Shown one piece after another: positions 1-10,324 of a stretch of 64,000 bases of DNA (positions are counted from its first letter, which is position 1; every line of letters begins with the position of its first letter). Location: contig CAVWRG010000004.1 of assembly GCA_963757355.1 (NCBI GenBank), positions 188,992-252,991 on the forward strand, written 5' to 3'. Source of the DNA: an uncultured Acidobacteriota bacterium (lineage in GTDB: Bacteria; Acidobacteriota; Vicinamibacteria; Vicinamibacterales; CAVVIG01). The translations under genes were made by a program, and so were the position numbers. The notes beneath the pieces are model-generated. The model was not told where the DNA came from, searched no databases, and was given only the letters and a program-made list of their open reading frames with translations.

Positions 1-440
1 GAGTCGGATGAGACGACGACCGACATCACCGGATCCGAATCGGGATCGACCTTGGTGATCACCGGCGGGAGCAGCTGCGGCGGGACGTTCGCCATCGCCG
101 CCGACACCTTCTCGCGCACGTCGTTCGCGGCGTCGTTGATGTCGCGCTCGAGAACGAACTTGATGGTGATGTTGCCCTTGCCCTCAGAGATCTGCATCGA
201 CGACATCTCGTCGATGCCCGACACGCTGCTGAGCGTCTCCTCCATCGGCTCGATCACCGACGTCGCCATCTCGTCCGGGCTCGCGCCCGGCAGCGCGAGC
301 TGCACGTTCACCGTCGCGGGATCGGCGCGCGGAAACAGATCGACGCCCAGATCGCGGAACGAGAAGATGCCGAGCACCACGAGCGACATCACGAGCATCG
401 TCGCGAAGACGGGGCGGCGGACACAGAGCTCTGAAAGCAT
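1..440 (-). CDS. RND efflux transporter permease subunit (AcrB/AcrD/AcrF family), 5' part; runs off the window
   Basis: Hand translation from ATG at 440: MLSELCVRRPVFATMLVMSLVVLGIFSFRDLGVDLFPRADP, a typical AcrB-family N-terminus; lies downstream of an MFP gene. Confidence 0.9.
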   Translation of the reverse strand, partial: MLSELCVRRPVFATMLVMSLVVLGIFSFRDLGVDLFPRADPATVNVQLALPGASPDEMATSVIEPMEETLSSVSGIDEMSSMQISEGKGNITIKFVLERDINDAANDVREKVSAAMANVPPQLLPPVITKVDPDSDPVMSVVVSSD

Positions 441-448
441 GGGTGACG

Positions 449-512
449 CGAAAAGGGGCCGTACCCTTTTTCTCCCGATTCAGCTGCGAAAAAGGGGTAC
501 GGCCCCTTTTCG
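449..512. repeat. Family A palindromic doublet (AAAAGGGGCCGTAYCCYTTTT arms), copy 1
   Basis: cgaaaaggggccgtaccctttttc, 15-nt spacer, gaaaaaggggtacggccccttttcg; same element at 18092, 27728 and 35979. Confidence 0.9.
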
Positions 513-519
513 GGGGCGG

Positions 520-1743
520 TTAAGGCGCCATGGCGCCGCGTTCGGCCGTCACGCGCTCGCCGTCGACGAGCTTGTCGACATCGGTCAACGCGACGACCTC
601 GCCCGGCTTGACGCCGGCCGTCACTTCGATGCGATCGCCGACCCGCTCGCCGACCTTCAGCTCGCGGACCGATAGATGATCGCCGTCGACGACGAAGAGG
701 CGGTTGACGCCGTACCGGTACTGAATGGCCGCGTACGACACCGTCAGCACTTGATCGACCTTGTTGCTCTCGATGTGCACCCGCGCGAAGGTTCCCGGTT
801 TGAGCAGCGCGTCGATGTTCGGCACCAGCGCCTCGAAGGGGAACGCGCGCGTCGCCGTGTTCACGGCGGGGCTGATGCGCGAGAGCGTGCCGACGAACTT
901 CCGGTCGGGATACGCGTCGACGTGCAGCTCCACGGGCTGGCCAACCTTCATCCAGGGCGCCATTTTCTCGGGAATCTCCGCCGTGACCTTCAGCGGATCG
1001 ACGCGCACGACACTCATGACGGGCGTCTGGTTCTTCACGAACTGCCCGAGATTCACCAGCCGCTGCGACACGTACCCGTCGAACGGCGCGCGGATATCGG
1101 CGTCGCGCAGCTGGCGATCGGCGAGCTTCGCGCTCGCGTCCGACGCATCGATGTTCGCGCGCAGATTCTTGGCGTTCTGCAGCGCCGTCTCGTAGCCGGC
1201 TTTTTTCGTCTGCAGCATCGCCTCGGCATCATCGAGCCCCTGCTTTGGCAGCAGCTGGCGGCTGTTCAACGCCGCAGCGCGGTCGTACGCCTGCTGCGCC
1301 TGCACCAGCTCCGCCTTCGCCCGCTGGACGTCGGGCGTCATTTCGAAGGCCGGCAGATGCGTCGTGTCGGGGGCGCCGAATTGCGCGAGCGCGCGGTCGA
1401 GCGCCGCCTTCTGCTGGTCGTAGTTGTATTGAAGTTTTTCACGATCGAGTCCGACGAGCACCTGACCCGCCTTCACGCGATCGCCGAGGTCTGTATAGAG
1501 GTGACTGACCCGGCCTTCGGCTTCTGACGAAATCGTCGCCTCGTCGACGGCCGCGAGAGTGCCCACCACCTCGACCGTACGATGCAGCGACTCCTCCCGC
1601 ACCGGTTCGACTTTTACCGACTTCGCCGCTTCGCGGCCGCGCGCCTGCGCGGTGTCGGCTTTCGAACAACCTGTGAGCGCCAGGCTGGCACACGCCGCGG
1701 CCGCCGCGAGTTGCCAGAGATGAGTCAACACGTTTCGACGCAT
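520..1743 (-). CDS. RND efflux periplasmic adaptor (membrane fusion protein), lipoprotein
   Basis: Lipobox LTGC, lipoyl-like GDRVKAGQVL and IRAPFDG motifs, coiled-coil hairpin; start placed at ATG 1743 (MRRNVL). Confidence 0.9.
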   Translation of the reverse strand: MRRNVLTHLWQLAAAAACASLALTGCSKADTAQARGREAAKSVKVEPVREESLHRTVEVVGTLAAVDEATISSEAEGRVSHLYTDLGDRVKAGQVLVGLDREKLQYNYDQQKAALDRALAQFGAPDTTHLPAFEMTPDVQRAKAELVQAQQAYDRAAALNSRQLLPKQGLDDAEAMLQTKKAGYETALQNAKNLRANIDASDASAKLADRQLRDADIRAPFDGYVSQRLVNLGQFVKNQTPVMSVVRVDPLKVTAEIPEKMAPWMKVGQPVELHVDAYPDRKFVGTLSRISPAVNTATRAFPFEALVPNIDALLKPGTFARVHIESNKVDQVLTVSYAAIQYRYGVNRLFVVDGDHLSVRELKVGERVGDRIEVTAGVKPGEVVALTDVDKLVDGERVTAERGAMAP

Positions 1744-1860
1744 AGAGATGACTGGGGCCTTGAACTCGTATAAAGAACGCGCGGGGACTATAAAGAGAGT
1801 ATACGATGCGCGGCTGAGACACCGCCTTGTCATCGTTTGTCTCTCGGCGGGGCCCGGTAA

Positions 1861-3597
1861 TTACTGCGTTCCGCCCGGCTTCGTCGGCGCACCCGGAGCT
1901 GGACGTCCATCGGCTTCGGCGACGAGTTGCTCGGCGGTTCCGAACAAGGGTTCGATGTCCACGGGCACGTCCGCCAGCTTGTCGAGCACCTTCTGCACCG
2001 GCGGCCGGACGACGCCCAGCCGCTCGCCGAGCGCTTTCGATTTCGCGTAGTCGCCCTCGGCCTGAATCGTCATGATCTCGCGCGTCAGCCCCGCGACCGC
2101 GTCCTTGATCTTGGCAGGATTCACCGCAAAGGTGCCGTCGGGGCGGATGGTGAACCCGCCCTGATCGAGCAGGTAGTTCAACTGGATCGCAATCCCACGG
2201 CCGTGCGCTTCGTTGACGCCGAAGCGGATCGACCGGAACGCCGACGCGAGAAACGTTGTGTAGAGCGAGCCCTCGAGCGACTTCGGCATCACGCCCTTGT
2301 CGATCATGTGCTGGATGGCAAAGAGCCCCGAGATGTCGGCCTTTGCTTCCTCGATCGCGCTGTAGGTTTCCTTCATCTCCTGCCGGACGGTCGTCTGGCG
2401 GCCGCCGACAGTAATCGTGTGCGGACCGAGCCCGTGCATCAGCTCGTGCACGACGATGTGCGTGAAGAAGGCGTCGAAGGATACGTCCTTCTGATCCGCC
2501 GCGCTCAGGACCACTTTCGAGATCGGCACCAGCGTCTTCGCGAACTTGGCATCCTGTACGTTCTTCAACATCACGCGCTTGGTGCCCTTTTCGCGGACGA
2601 CCCGCTCATCGTTCGGCAGATTGAACGCCGCGGTCTGAACGCCGCGATTGCCGTCTCCGGCGGCGAAGATCTCGTTGACGACGGTAATCGGCGCCAGCGA
2701 CCCGAGGGAGGGATTCCGGTACTTCGGATCGATCGGCAGGTGGTTCTCGATGTCCTGCAACTCGCCGGCGAGCTTCTGCAGCTTGGCGCTCTCGGCCTCG
2801 TCCTGCACCGTGATGTAGGCCTCGAAGCCCGCCTTGTAGTTGAACAGCTCGTCTTCGTACACCTCGTACGGGCCGATCGTCGGCTCGATCGCCCCTTTCA
2901 GCTCCATCCATGCGACGTCGCTGTCGTAGTAGTCGTTCGTCAGAAACGCGTCGGCGCGCTTGGTGAGGAACGCCTTCAGCGTCGGTTCGGTGGCGAGCGC
3001 CGCCGCCTCGCGCAGCAGCGACGCCGCGAGCGTGAGCTCGCCCTGATACTCGACGTTGTACGGCACGACACGGTAGCCGTTCGCACCGCTGTTGCCGCGG
3101 CGAATCACCGTGAAGAAGCCGGTGGCGGCGGCGCGCTCCGCCTCGGGCAAGGAGCGGACCCACGTGTCGAGATTGGCTTTCGACGCCTCCGGCGGGTAGA
3201 AGTTCGCGCCGGCCGGCTTCGGGGGCGCGCCAGGCACGAACGCCTCGTTGTGATCGAGCCGCGACCAGGGGCCTTTGTTGATCAGAAAGTAGTGCAGCCG
3301 CGCGCGCCCGGCAGCGGACTGATCCTTGACCAGGTCGAGCAGCATCGCGTCGTTGCCGGCCCAGACCTGACGGAGAAACAGCGCGTCGATGATCTTCGAC
3401 GCGGCCACCAGCTTCGCCAGCACGCGGCGATCGGCGGCCGGCAGCGCCGAGAGATCGGCGCCGATGTCGGTCGGCGCAAAACGTGCAGCCATGCGCTGCA
3501 GCGTCACGGTATCGGGCACACGCGCCTCCTGGGCCGACAGCGACAACGCCGCTGCCGCCATGCAGCCAGCCGCAGCAGCGACTTTGAGGTGAGTCAT
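1861..3597 (-). CDS. Secreted M49-like (dipeptidyl-peptidase III family) metallopeptidase
   Basis: HELMH zinc motif followed by EEAKAD; AFNLPND motif; signal peptide; -10-like TACAAT 6 nt upstream of ATG 3597. Confidence 0.8.
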   Translation of the reverse strand: MTHLKVAAAAGCMAAAALSLSAQEARVPDTVTLQRMAARFAPTDIGADLSALPAADRRVLAKLVAASKIIDALFLRQVWAGNDAMLLDLVKDQSAAGRARLHYFLINKGPWSRLDHNEAFVPGAPPKPAGANFYPPEASKANLDTWVRSLPEAERAAATGFFTVIRRGNSGANGYRVVPYNVEYQGELTLAASLLREAAALATEPTLKAFLTKRADAFLTNDYYDSDVAWMELKGAIEPTIGPYEVYEDELFNYKAGFEAYITVQDEAESAKLQKLAGELQDIENHLPIDPKYRNPSLGSLAPITVVNEIFAAGDGNRGVQTAAFNLPNDERVVREKGTKRVMLKNVQDAKFAKTLVPISKVVLSAADQKDVSFDAFFTHIVVHELMHGLGPHTITVGGRQTTVRQEMKETYSAIEEAKADISGLFAIQHMIDKGVMPKSLEGSLYTTFLASAFRSIRFGVNEAHGRGIAIQLNYLLDQGGFTIRPDGTFAVNPAKIKDAVAGLTREIMTIQAEGDYAKSKALGERLGVVRPPVQKVLDKLADVPVDIEPLFGTAEQLVAEADGRPAPGAPTKPGGTQ

Positions 3598-3623
3598 GCG
3601 CGTATTGTAACGATGTTCTGCGG

Positions 3624-3695
3624 GACTGGAGACTGAAGCGGGCAAACTGACGACTGACGACTGGACTGGCGACTGAAGACCGGCGACTGACGACT
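3624..3695. repeat. Tandem heptamer array (GACTGNN)n
   Basis: gactgga gactgaa ... gactgac gactgac ... gactggc gactgaa gaccggc gactgac; related arms occur inside xseA. Confidence 0.8.
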
Positions 3696-3696
3696 T

Positions 3697-4260
3697 TTAG
3701 TGAACCCCACGCGACATGCGTAAGGCCGCGGGATCCGCACCCAGCCTCCGAATCGCCGCCTCCCACATGTTTTCGGGCGGCGTGTTAAAGATCAGATCCG
3801 CATCGACGTCGCTGATCAGCCACGCCGACTCGTTCAGTTCAATCTCGAGCTGCCCGGCGGCCCACCCGGAATAGCCCACGATCAGCCGTGTCCGCTCAGG
3901 CGGACATGGCTCGAGCAGCCGGCGCAGCAGATCGGGCGAGGTGGAGAGATACAAGCCATCCGCGATGCGCATGCCGCGCAGTTCCTCGCTGGCATCCGGC
4001 TCCTCGCCGACCAGCATCCAACTGCGGTGCGGCTCCACCGGCCCGCCGATCCACACGTCCAGCTCCCGCTCCGTCTCGACCGGCGGCTCAGTGTTGATCA
4101 CGACGCGGCCGCTGGTGACGAGCGGCCGGTTGACGACGAGGCCGAACGCGCCTTCGTCGCTGTGTTTGCACAGCAGCACCACCGTCTTGTTGAAATTGGG
4201 ATCGACCAGTTGCGGCATCGAGAGCAGGAGCGACGGGGCCAGCGACACATCCGACGGCAT
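3697..4260 (-). CDS. yqgE: YqgE/AlgH family protein
   Basis: Motifs DPNF.KTVVLLC.H...GAFGLVVNRP, GGPV and GYSGW..GQLE.E. Confidence 0.92.
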   Translation of the reverse strand: MPSDVSLAPSLLLSMPQLVDPNFNKTVVLLCKHSDEGAFGLVVNRPLVTSGRVVINTEPPVETERELDVWIGGPVEPHRSWMLVGEEPDASEELRGMRIADGLYLSTSPDLLRRLLEPCPPERTRLIVGYSGWAAGQLEIELNESAWLISDVDADLIFNTPPENMWEAAIRRLGADPAALRMSRGVH

Positions 4261-4262
4261 GG

Positions 4263-4895
4263 CTATGATCTTAGCGCGCGCGCGACCGTACGCAAGTCGT
4301 CGATAAAGCGCTGCGTCTCCCGCCGCCTCGTCTCATCGTCCGGCGCGCGCAGCAGCGACGAGGGATGTATCGTGGCGAGGACGAGCGGCGCGAGCGGCGA
4401 GTCGACGAACTCGCCGCGGTGCGCGGTCAGCCTGAACGCGCGTCCGAGCAGCGCCTGCGCCGCGGTCGCGCCGAGGCAGACGATCGCGCGTGGCTTGACG
4501 AGCTGCACCTCCGCGTCGAGCCACGGGCGGCACGCCGCGATCTCCGAGGCGTTCGGCTTCTTGTGAATGCGCCGCTTGCCGCGGGGCTCCCATTTGAAGT
4601 GCTTGACGACATTGGTCACGTAGACGACGCGTCGATCGATGCCGGCTTCCGCGAGCGTCCGGTCGAGCAGCTTTCCAGCGGGGCCGACGAACGGGCGTCC
4701 CATCACATCTTCCTGATCGCCCGGCTGTTCGCCGACGAGCATGATCTCCGCAGTTCGCGCCCCTTCGCCGAACACCGTCTGCGTGCCGCGCTTGTAGAGA
4801 TCGCACGCGGTGCAGTCCTTCGCCGCCGCGCGAACCGCGGGAAGCGTGGGGCGCGGGGGAATGAGGTCAGCGGCCGGTTTGTTCCGCTTCGCCAT
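4263..4895 (-). CDS. udgX: UdgX-type family-4 uracil-DNA glycosylase / uracil-DNA binding protein
   Basis: C..C.L Fe-S motif, GEQPG motif A, KRRIHK R-loop, HPSSLLR motif B; start at ATG 4895 (MAKRNK). Confidence 0.85.
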   Translation of the reverse strand: MAKRNKPAADLIPPRPTLPAVRAAAKDCTACDLYKRGTQTVFGEGARTAEIMLVGEQPGDQEDVMGRPFVGPAGKLLDRTLAEAGIDRRVVYVTNVVKHFKWEPRGKRRIHKKPNASEIAACRPWLDAEVQLVKPRAIVCLGATAAQALLGRAFRLTAHRGEFVDSPLAPLVLATIHPSSLLRAPDDETRRRETQRFIDDLRTVARALRS

Positions 4896-4917
4896 GATGT
4901 GATCAGGACTGGCAGAT

Positions 4918-4942
4918 GTGCCGCAGGACTTCAGTCCTGCCG
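4918..4942. repeat. GTAG-type REP, single copy; contains the queG stop codon
   Basis: gtgccgcaggacttcagtcctgccg; 21 nt identical to 5901-5921. Confidence 0.8.
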
Positions 4943-5881
4943 TGATCGAGATTTCACATTCTCCGCCGCAACGGCGAGATTGCGGCGCAGGCCGCTCAGC
5001 TTCGTCCGCTTCATCGCGCTGCCGCGCAGCGCCATTTGCAAGTCCGAATCCGGAGTGGCGTCGAGATCGCCGACGCGGCGCGCATCCCACACCGGACGCG
5101 GCTGCCACGCCGGATCAGTCGAGGGTGGCGCCGCCTGGTTCCACGGACAGACTTCCTGGCAGACGTCGCAGCCGTAGATGCGCGTGCCGACGCCCGCGCG
5201 GAGCGCCTCGGGGATCTCGCCGCGATGCTCGATCGTCAAGTAGGAGATGCATCGCGTCGAGTCGAGCACGCCCGGCTCGAGAATCGCCTGCGTAGGACAC
5301 GCCTCGAGACAGAGGGTGCACGTGCCGCATTGATCCAGCGCCGGCGGATCGACAGCGAGAGGCAAGCTGCAGATGATGACGCCGAGGAACAGCCAGGAGC
5401 CGAGCGCCTCGTTGATCACGCACGTGTTCTTGCCGATCCAGCCGACGCCGGCGTGCTGCGCGTAGACGCGCTCCTGCACCGGTCCGGTGTCCACGTAGGC
5501 GCACGCTTCGAACGTCTCCGGCCACGCCCCGTGCATCCAGCCGACGAGCGCGTCGAGCCGCTTTGCGATCACGTCGTGGTAGTCGTCGCCCCACGCATAT
5601 CGGGCGACATGCGCCCGTTCGCGGTCGGCGCACTCGGTCGAATAGGGACGGTCCGTGTTGTAGAGCGTGCCGGTGACGATCACCGTCCGCGCCGACGGCA
5701 TGGCGCGTCGAACATCGGCACGGCGGTCCGCCGTGCGATGGAGATACGACATCTCACCCGCGTATCCGCGCGCGAGCCACTCGTTGAGAAAGCGGAGCTC
5801 GGGATGATCCGTCGCCGGCGCAATGCCGCACGCATCGAAACCGAGTTCCTTGGCGCGGCGCTTGATGTCGTCGGATGTCAT
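4931..5881 (-). CDS. queG: Epoxyqueuosine reductase
   Basis: VARYAWGDDYH, YVDTGP, GWIGKN and two Fe-S motifs (CGTCTLCLEACPT, GCDVCQEVCPWN). Confidence 0.95.
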   Translation of the reverse strand: MTSDDIKRRAKELGFDACGIAPATDHPELRFLNEWLARGYAGEMSYLHRTADRRADVRRAMPSARTVIVTGTLYNTDRPYSTECADRERAHVARYAWGDDYHDVIAKRLDALVGWMHGAWPETFEACAYVDTGPVQERVYAQHAGVGWIGKNTCVINEALGSWLFLGVIICSLPLAVDPPALDQCGTCTLCLEACPTQAILEPGVLDSTRCISYLTIEHRGEIPEALRAGVGTRIYGCDVCQEVCPWNQAAPPSTDPAWQPRPVWDARRVGDLDATPDSDLQMALRGSAMKRTKLSGLRRNLAVAAENVKSRSRQD

Positions 5882-5896
5882 AAGTGCCCGCGTCTC

Positions 5897-5958
5897 GTAG
5901 CGCAGGACTTCAGTCCTGCCGAGCCGCGGGCCCAAGCAGGTCTGAAGACCTGCGCCAC
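5897..5958. repeat. GTAG-type REP doublet (REPIN-like)
   Basis: GTAGCGCAGGACTTCAGTCCTGC ... GCAGGTCTGAAGACCTGCGCCAC as an inverted pair. Confidence 0.85.
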
Positions 5959-5967
5959 AACTGGGCG

Positions 5968-8697
5968 TCAGGCTCGGTTGACCAACTGACGCAACACGTA
6001 CGGCAGGATCCCGCCGTGCCGGAACGCGACCAGCTCCTCAGGCGTATCGATACGCGCCGTCGTCTGGAACTCGATCGTCTTTCCGTCGCTGCTGGTCGCA
6101 CGTACCGTGACCGACGCGCCAGGCCGCAGCGCCTCCGCGATCCCGGTGAGATCGTACCGCTCGCGGCCGGTCAGGCAGAGCGACGCGGCCGACGCCCCGT
6201 CGGTGAACTGCAGCGGCAGGACCCCCATGTTCACCAGGTTGCTGCGGTGAATGCGCTCGTACGTCTCGGCGATGACCGCCTTCACACCGAGCAGCAGCGT
6301 GCCTTTCGCCGCCCAGTCGCGCGACGATCCGGAGCCGTACTCTTTTCCCGCGATGATGAGCAGCGGCACACCCGCGTCTTTGTATTTCATCGCACCGTCG
6401 AAGATCGTCATCACGTTGCCGGCCGGCTGATACGTCGTCCAGCCGCCTTCGGTGCCGGGCGCGAGCTGATTGCGCAGGCGCACGTTGGCGAACGTCCCGC
6501 GCATCATCACTTCGTGATTCCCGCGGCGCGACCCGTACGAGTTGAAATCCTTGTGATCGACGCCGTGATCGAGGAGATACTTCCCCGCCGGGCTGTCCTT
6601 CTTGATCGCACCGGCCGGCGAGATGTGATCGGTCGTGATGCTGTCGCCCAGGAGCGCGAGCACGCGCGCGCCGGTGATGTTGGAGAGCGGCGTCGTCTGC
6701 AGCGTGATGCCGTCGAAGAACGGCGGGTTGCGGATGTAGGTTGAATCGGCCTCCCACGCGAAACGATCGCCCTCCGGCACCTGCAGTGTCTGCCAGCGCT
6801 CGTCTCCGTCGAAGACGTTGGCATACTGCTCCCGAAACATGTCCGACGTCACGGCAGTGAGCATCGTCGCCTGGATTTCGCGCTCCGACGGCCAGAGATC
6901 GCGCAGATAGACCGCCGCGCCGCCCTTGTCGATGCCGATCGGCTCGGTCGTCAGATCGATCGTCATCCGGCCGGCGAGCGCGTATGCGACAACCAGCGGC
7001 GGCGAGGCGAGGTAGTTCGCGCGCACCTGCTGTTGAATGCGCCCCTCGAAATTGCGATTGCCGCTCAGCACGGACGCGACCACCAGATTCCGCGCCTCGA
7101 CTTCGACCGACACATCATCGGGCAGCGGCCCGCTGTTGCCGATGCACGTCGTGCAGCCGTAGCCGACGAGATTGAAGCCAAGCTTTTCGAGATAGGGCGT
7201 CAGCCCCGCCTTGTTCAGATATTCGGTGACGACCTTGGAGCCCGGCGCGAGACTCGTCTTCACCCACGGCTGACTCGACAAACCGCGCTCGACCGCGCGT
7301 TTGGCGAGGAGGCCCGCGCCGATCATCACGCTCGGGTTCGACGTGTTCGTGCAGCTGGTGATCGCGGCAATCACGACCGACCCGTGTTCCAGCTGCTGGG
7401 CGACGACCGGCAGCACGGCCACGCCGCCCTCGCTCGCCATCGCCGCCACGCTCGCCGCCGTCACCGAGCTCGCCTTCGCCGCGGCCTGCATCGTGCCGAG
7501 CGCTGTCTGGAAGCTGCTCTTCGCATGCTTCAGCGACACGCGATCCTGCGGACGCTTCGGGCCGGCGAGGCTCGGCTCGACCGACGACAGATCCAGCTCG
7601 ATGACCTCCGTGTACACGGGGTCGGCGACGCCCGGCTCGCTGAACATTCCCTGTGCCCTCGCGTACGCCTCGACCAGATCGATCTGCGCCTGCTCGCGGC
7701 CCGAGAGGCGCAAGTAGTCGAGCGTCATCGCGTCGATCGGGAAGATCGCGATCGTCGCGCCGTACTCCGGACACATGTTGCCGAGCGTCGCACGGTCGGC
7801 AATCGTCAAATGCTGGAGGCCCGTGCCGAAGAACTCCACGAACTTGCCGACGACGCCGTGCTTGCGCAGCTTCTCCGTGATCGTCAGCACGAGATCGGTC
7901 GCCGTCGCGCCCTCGAGCATCGTCCCCGTGAGACGGAAGCCGAGCACCTGCGGAATCAGCATGGAGATCGGCTGGCCCAGCATCGCCGCTTCGGCTTCGA
8001 TGCCGCCCACGCCCCAGCCCACCACGCCGAGTCCGTTCACCATCGTGGTGTGCGAGTCGGTGCCGACGAGCGTGTCGGGATAGCACATCGGCCCATCCGG
8101 CGTGTCGTCGGTCATGACGACGCGCGCGAGATATTCGAGATTCACCTGATGGACGATGCCGGTGTCGGGCGGCACGACACGGAAATTGCGAAAGGCGTTT
8201 TGTCCCCAGCGGAGAAACGCGTAGCGCTCACGGTTGCGGGAAAACTCGAGCTCCGCGTTCAGCTGAAACGAGTTGGCTTGGCCGAACGAATCGACCTGGA
8301 CCGAATGATCGATCACGAGTTCGACCGGCTGCAGCGGGTTGACGCGGTTGGGGTCGCCGCCGAGCCGCGCGATGCCGTCGCGCATGGCCGCTAGATCCAC
8401 GACGGCCGGCACGCCGGTGAAATCCTGGAGCAGCACACGAGCGGGTGCGAACGAGATCTCACGAAGCGTCGTGCTCTTCACATCCCACTTGGCCAGCGCT
8501 TCGATGTCGGCCGCTTTGACGAATCGGCCGTCCTCGTGGCGGAGCAGGTTTTCCAGCAGCACTTTCAATGAGTACGGCAGCCGCGCGACGCCGGGAAAGC
8601 CGTGCGCTTCGAGCGTCCGGAGGCTGTGGAACTGCGCTGACTTGTGAGTGCCGGCCGGGAGGGTGATGCGTGTCTTGAAGCTGTTGAGCGTGGACAT
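5968..8697 (-). CDS. acnA: Aconitate hydratase A
   Basis: [62 protein letters not shown]. Confidence 0.97.
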   Translation of the reverse strand: MSTLNSFKTRITLPAGTHKSAQFHSLRTLEAHGFPGVARLPYSLKVLLENLLRHEDGRFVKAADIEALAKWDVKSTTLREISFAPARVLLQDFTGVPAVVDLAAMRDGIARLGGDPNRVNPLQPVELVIDHSVQVDSFGQANSFQLNAELEFSRNRERYAFLRWGQNAFRNFRVVPPDTGIVHQVNLEYLARVVMTDDTPDGPMCYPDTLVGTDSHTTMVNGLGVVGWGVGGIEAEAAMLGQPISMLIPQVLGFRLTGTMLEGATATDLVLTITEKLRKHGVVGKFVEFFGTGLQHLTIADRATLGNMCPEYGATIAIFPIDAMTLDYLRLSGREQAQIDLVEAYARAQGMFSEPGVADPVYTEVIELDLSSVEPSLAGPKRPQDRVSLKHAKSSFQTALGTMQAAAKASSVTAASVAAMASEGGVAVLPVVAQQLEHGSVVIAAITSCTNTSNPSVMIGAGLLAKRAVERGLSSQPWVKTSLAPGSKVVTEYLNKAGLTPYLEKLGFNLVGYGCTTCIGNSGPLPDDVSVEVEARNLVVASVLSGNRNFEGRIQQQVRANYLASPPLVVAYALAGRMTIDLTTEPIGIDKGGAAVYLRDLWPSEREIQATMLTAVTSDMFREQYANVFDGDERWQTLQVPEGDRFAWEADSTYIRNPPFFDGITLQTTPLSNITGARVLALLGDSITTDHISPAGAIKKDSPAGKYLLDHGVDHKDFNSYGSRRGNHEVMMRGTFANVRLRNQLAPGTEGGWTTYQPAGNVMTIFDGAMKYKDAGVPLLIIAGKEYGSGSSRDWAAKGTLLLGVKAVIAETYERIHRSNLVNMGVLPLQFTDGASAASLCLTGRERYDLTGIAEALRPGASVTVRATSSDGKTIEFQTTARIDTPEELVAFRHGGILPYVLRQLVNRA

Positions 8698-8804
8698 TGA
8701 GGGCGTTCCTCGCGAAAACCTCATCGTACCACACGGATTTTACGTGTCTCTGAGGGCCCGACGCGGCGATGACGCACCTGACGATCGGCGCTGTGTGATG
8801 CCGT

Positions 8805-8905
8805 AAATGTGCATAATTTGCACGAACGTTGCATTATTTGCCTCACATAAGCTGCCATATGCACATTTTGCCAATAAATATGCGCACTTTGTGCACAATT
8901 CTGAT
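8805..8905. promoter_or_regulatory. AT-rich divergent acnA/amt regulatory region with repeated TGCA(C) inverted motifs
   Basis: gtgcataatttgcac, tgcattatttgc, tgcacattttgc and tgcgcactttgtgca within an otherwise very GC-rich genome. Confidence 0.5.
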
Positions 8906-8934
8906 AGCATCGGCTGCAACCTGGAGGAGAGCCG

Positions 8935-10320
8935 ATGACTTTGGCAATGGTGCGGCGCAAAACCGAGCGGATCCGGGAATTCTCGGCGCTTCCGTTCCTT
9001 CTCGTGGCGGGAATCGCCATCCTGGGCGCGTGCATCCGTCCCGGATCACCGCGAACGACCGGCGGCCCGGTGAGCGCAGGCGACATCGCGTGGATGCTCA
9101 CGGCCACCGCGCTCGTCCTGCTGATGACACCAGGTCTGTCGTTCTTCTACGGCGGCATGGTCCGCACCAAGAACGTCGTCTCGACGATGCTCCAGAGCTT
9201 TGTGGCGATGGGGGTCATCAGCATTTTGTGGATCGTCGTGGGCTTCAGTCTGGCCTTCGGCGACAGCTTCCACGGCGTCATCGGCAACCCGCTCACCTAT
9301 GTCATGTTCACGGGCGTCGGTGAGGCGACGCATCCGGGTCTGGCGCCGACGATTCCGCTCGTGCTCTTCGCGCTGTTTCAGCTGAAGTTCGCCATCATCA
9401 CGCCGGCGCTGATCACCGGGTCGTTTGCCGAGCGGGTGCGCTTCAGCAGCTATCTGCTCTTCATGTGCCTGTTCAGTCTGTTCATCTATGCGCCGCTTGC
9501 GCACTGGACGTGGCATCCGGACGGGTTCCTGCACAAGATGGGCGTGCTCGATTTTGCGGGCGGGACGGTCGTGCACATGTCAGCCGGGCTGGCGGCACTC
9601 GCCGGGGCGATGGTGCTGGGGCGCCGGCAGGCGCATCAGGCCGGCGAAGCGCACGCGCCGGCGAACATTCCGTTCGTGCTGCTCGGCACCGGGATGTTGT
9701 GGTTTGGATGGTTCGGCTTCAACGCGGGATCGGCGCTCGCGGCGAACGGTCAGGCCGCCATGGCGCTGGCAACGACCAACACGGCGTCAGCGGCGGCGGC
9801 GCTGGCGTGGATCTTTTTCGACGGCATGCGCGGCCAGAAGCCGTCGGCGCTCGGGGCGTGTGTCGGCGCGGTCGTGGGCCTCGTGGCGATCACGCCGGCG
9901 GCCGGCTACGTCACGATTGGCGAGAGCATCTTCATCGGCGTCTGCGCCAGTGTCGTGTCGAATCTCGTGGTGCACTGGAAGAATCACGCGTCCACGTTGG
10001 ATGACACGCTTGACGTCTTCCCGTGCCACGGCGTGGGCGGTATGGTGGGCATGTTGCTCACCGGTGTCTTCGCGAAAGATGTCGGCCTGACGTCCGGTCA
10101 TGCGACGACATTCCTGGTGCACTGCGGCGCGATGGCGTTCGTCGCCGCGTTCGCGTTCGGCGGATCGTACCTGCTGTACCTGGTGACGGACCTGATCATT
10201 CCGCTGCGCGTCTCGAGCGAGCAGGAGGCCGTGGGTCTCGACCTCAGCCAGCACGGTGAGGTGATGGAAGATCCCGGTGCGCCCGCGACGCTCCCGTCGC
10301 TCCTCGCGAAAACGGCGTGA
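8935..10320 (+). CDS. amt: Ammonium transporter (Amt family)
   Basis: LVLLMTPGL.FFYGGMVR.KN, DFAGGTVVH, LWFGWFGFNAGS, DD.LDVF.CHG; SD ggaggag upstream. Confidence 0.96.
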   Translation: MTLAMVRRKTERIREFSALPFLLVAGIAILGACIRPGSPRTTGGPVSAGDIAWMLTATALVLLMTPGLSFFYGGMVRTKNVVSTMLQSFVAMGVISILWIVVGFSLAFGDSFHGVIGNPLTYVMFTGVGEATHPGLAPTIPLVLFALFQLKFAIITPALITGSFAERVRFSSYLLFMCLFSLFIYAPLAHWTWHPDGFLHKMGVLDFAGGTVVHMSAGLAALAGAMVLGRRQAHQAGEAHAPANIPFVLLGTGMLWFGWFGFNAGSALAANGQAAMALATTNTASAAAALAWIFFDGMRGQKPSALGACVGAVVGLVAITPAAGYVTIGESIFIGVCASVVSNLVVHWKNHASTLDDTLDVFPCHGVGGMVGMLLTGVFAKDVGLTSGHATTFLVHCGAMAFVAAFAFGGSYLLYLVTDLIIPLRVSSEQEAVGLDLSQHGEVMEDPGAPATLPSLLAKTA

Positions 10321-10324
10321 TCGA

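Noticed and set aside
52-675. 207-aa plus-strand ORF, and the many other long antisense ORFs (e.g. 1927-3636, 14926-17025, 24072-25874, 34653-36911, 46299-48143, 60458-62503)
   Set aside because: Shadows of well-supported genes on the opposite strand in high-GC DNA; no recognisable motifs.
1861-3597. HEXXH instead of HEXXGH in the M49-like peptidase as a novelty
   Set aside because: Pentapeptide-motif DPP III homologues are already known in bacteria and plants.
8780-8960. Sigma54 promoter for amt
   Set aside because: I found no convincing TGGCAC-N5-TTGC with correct GG-N10-GC spacing.
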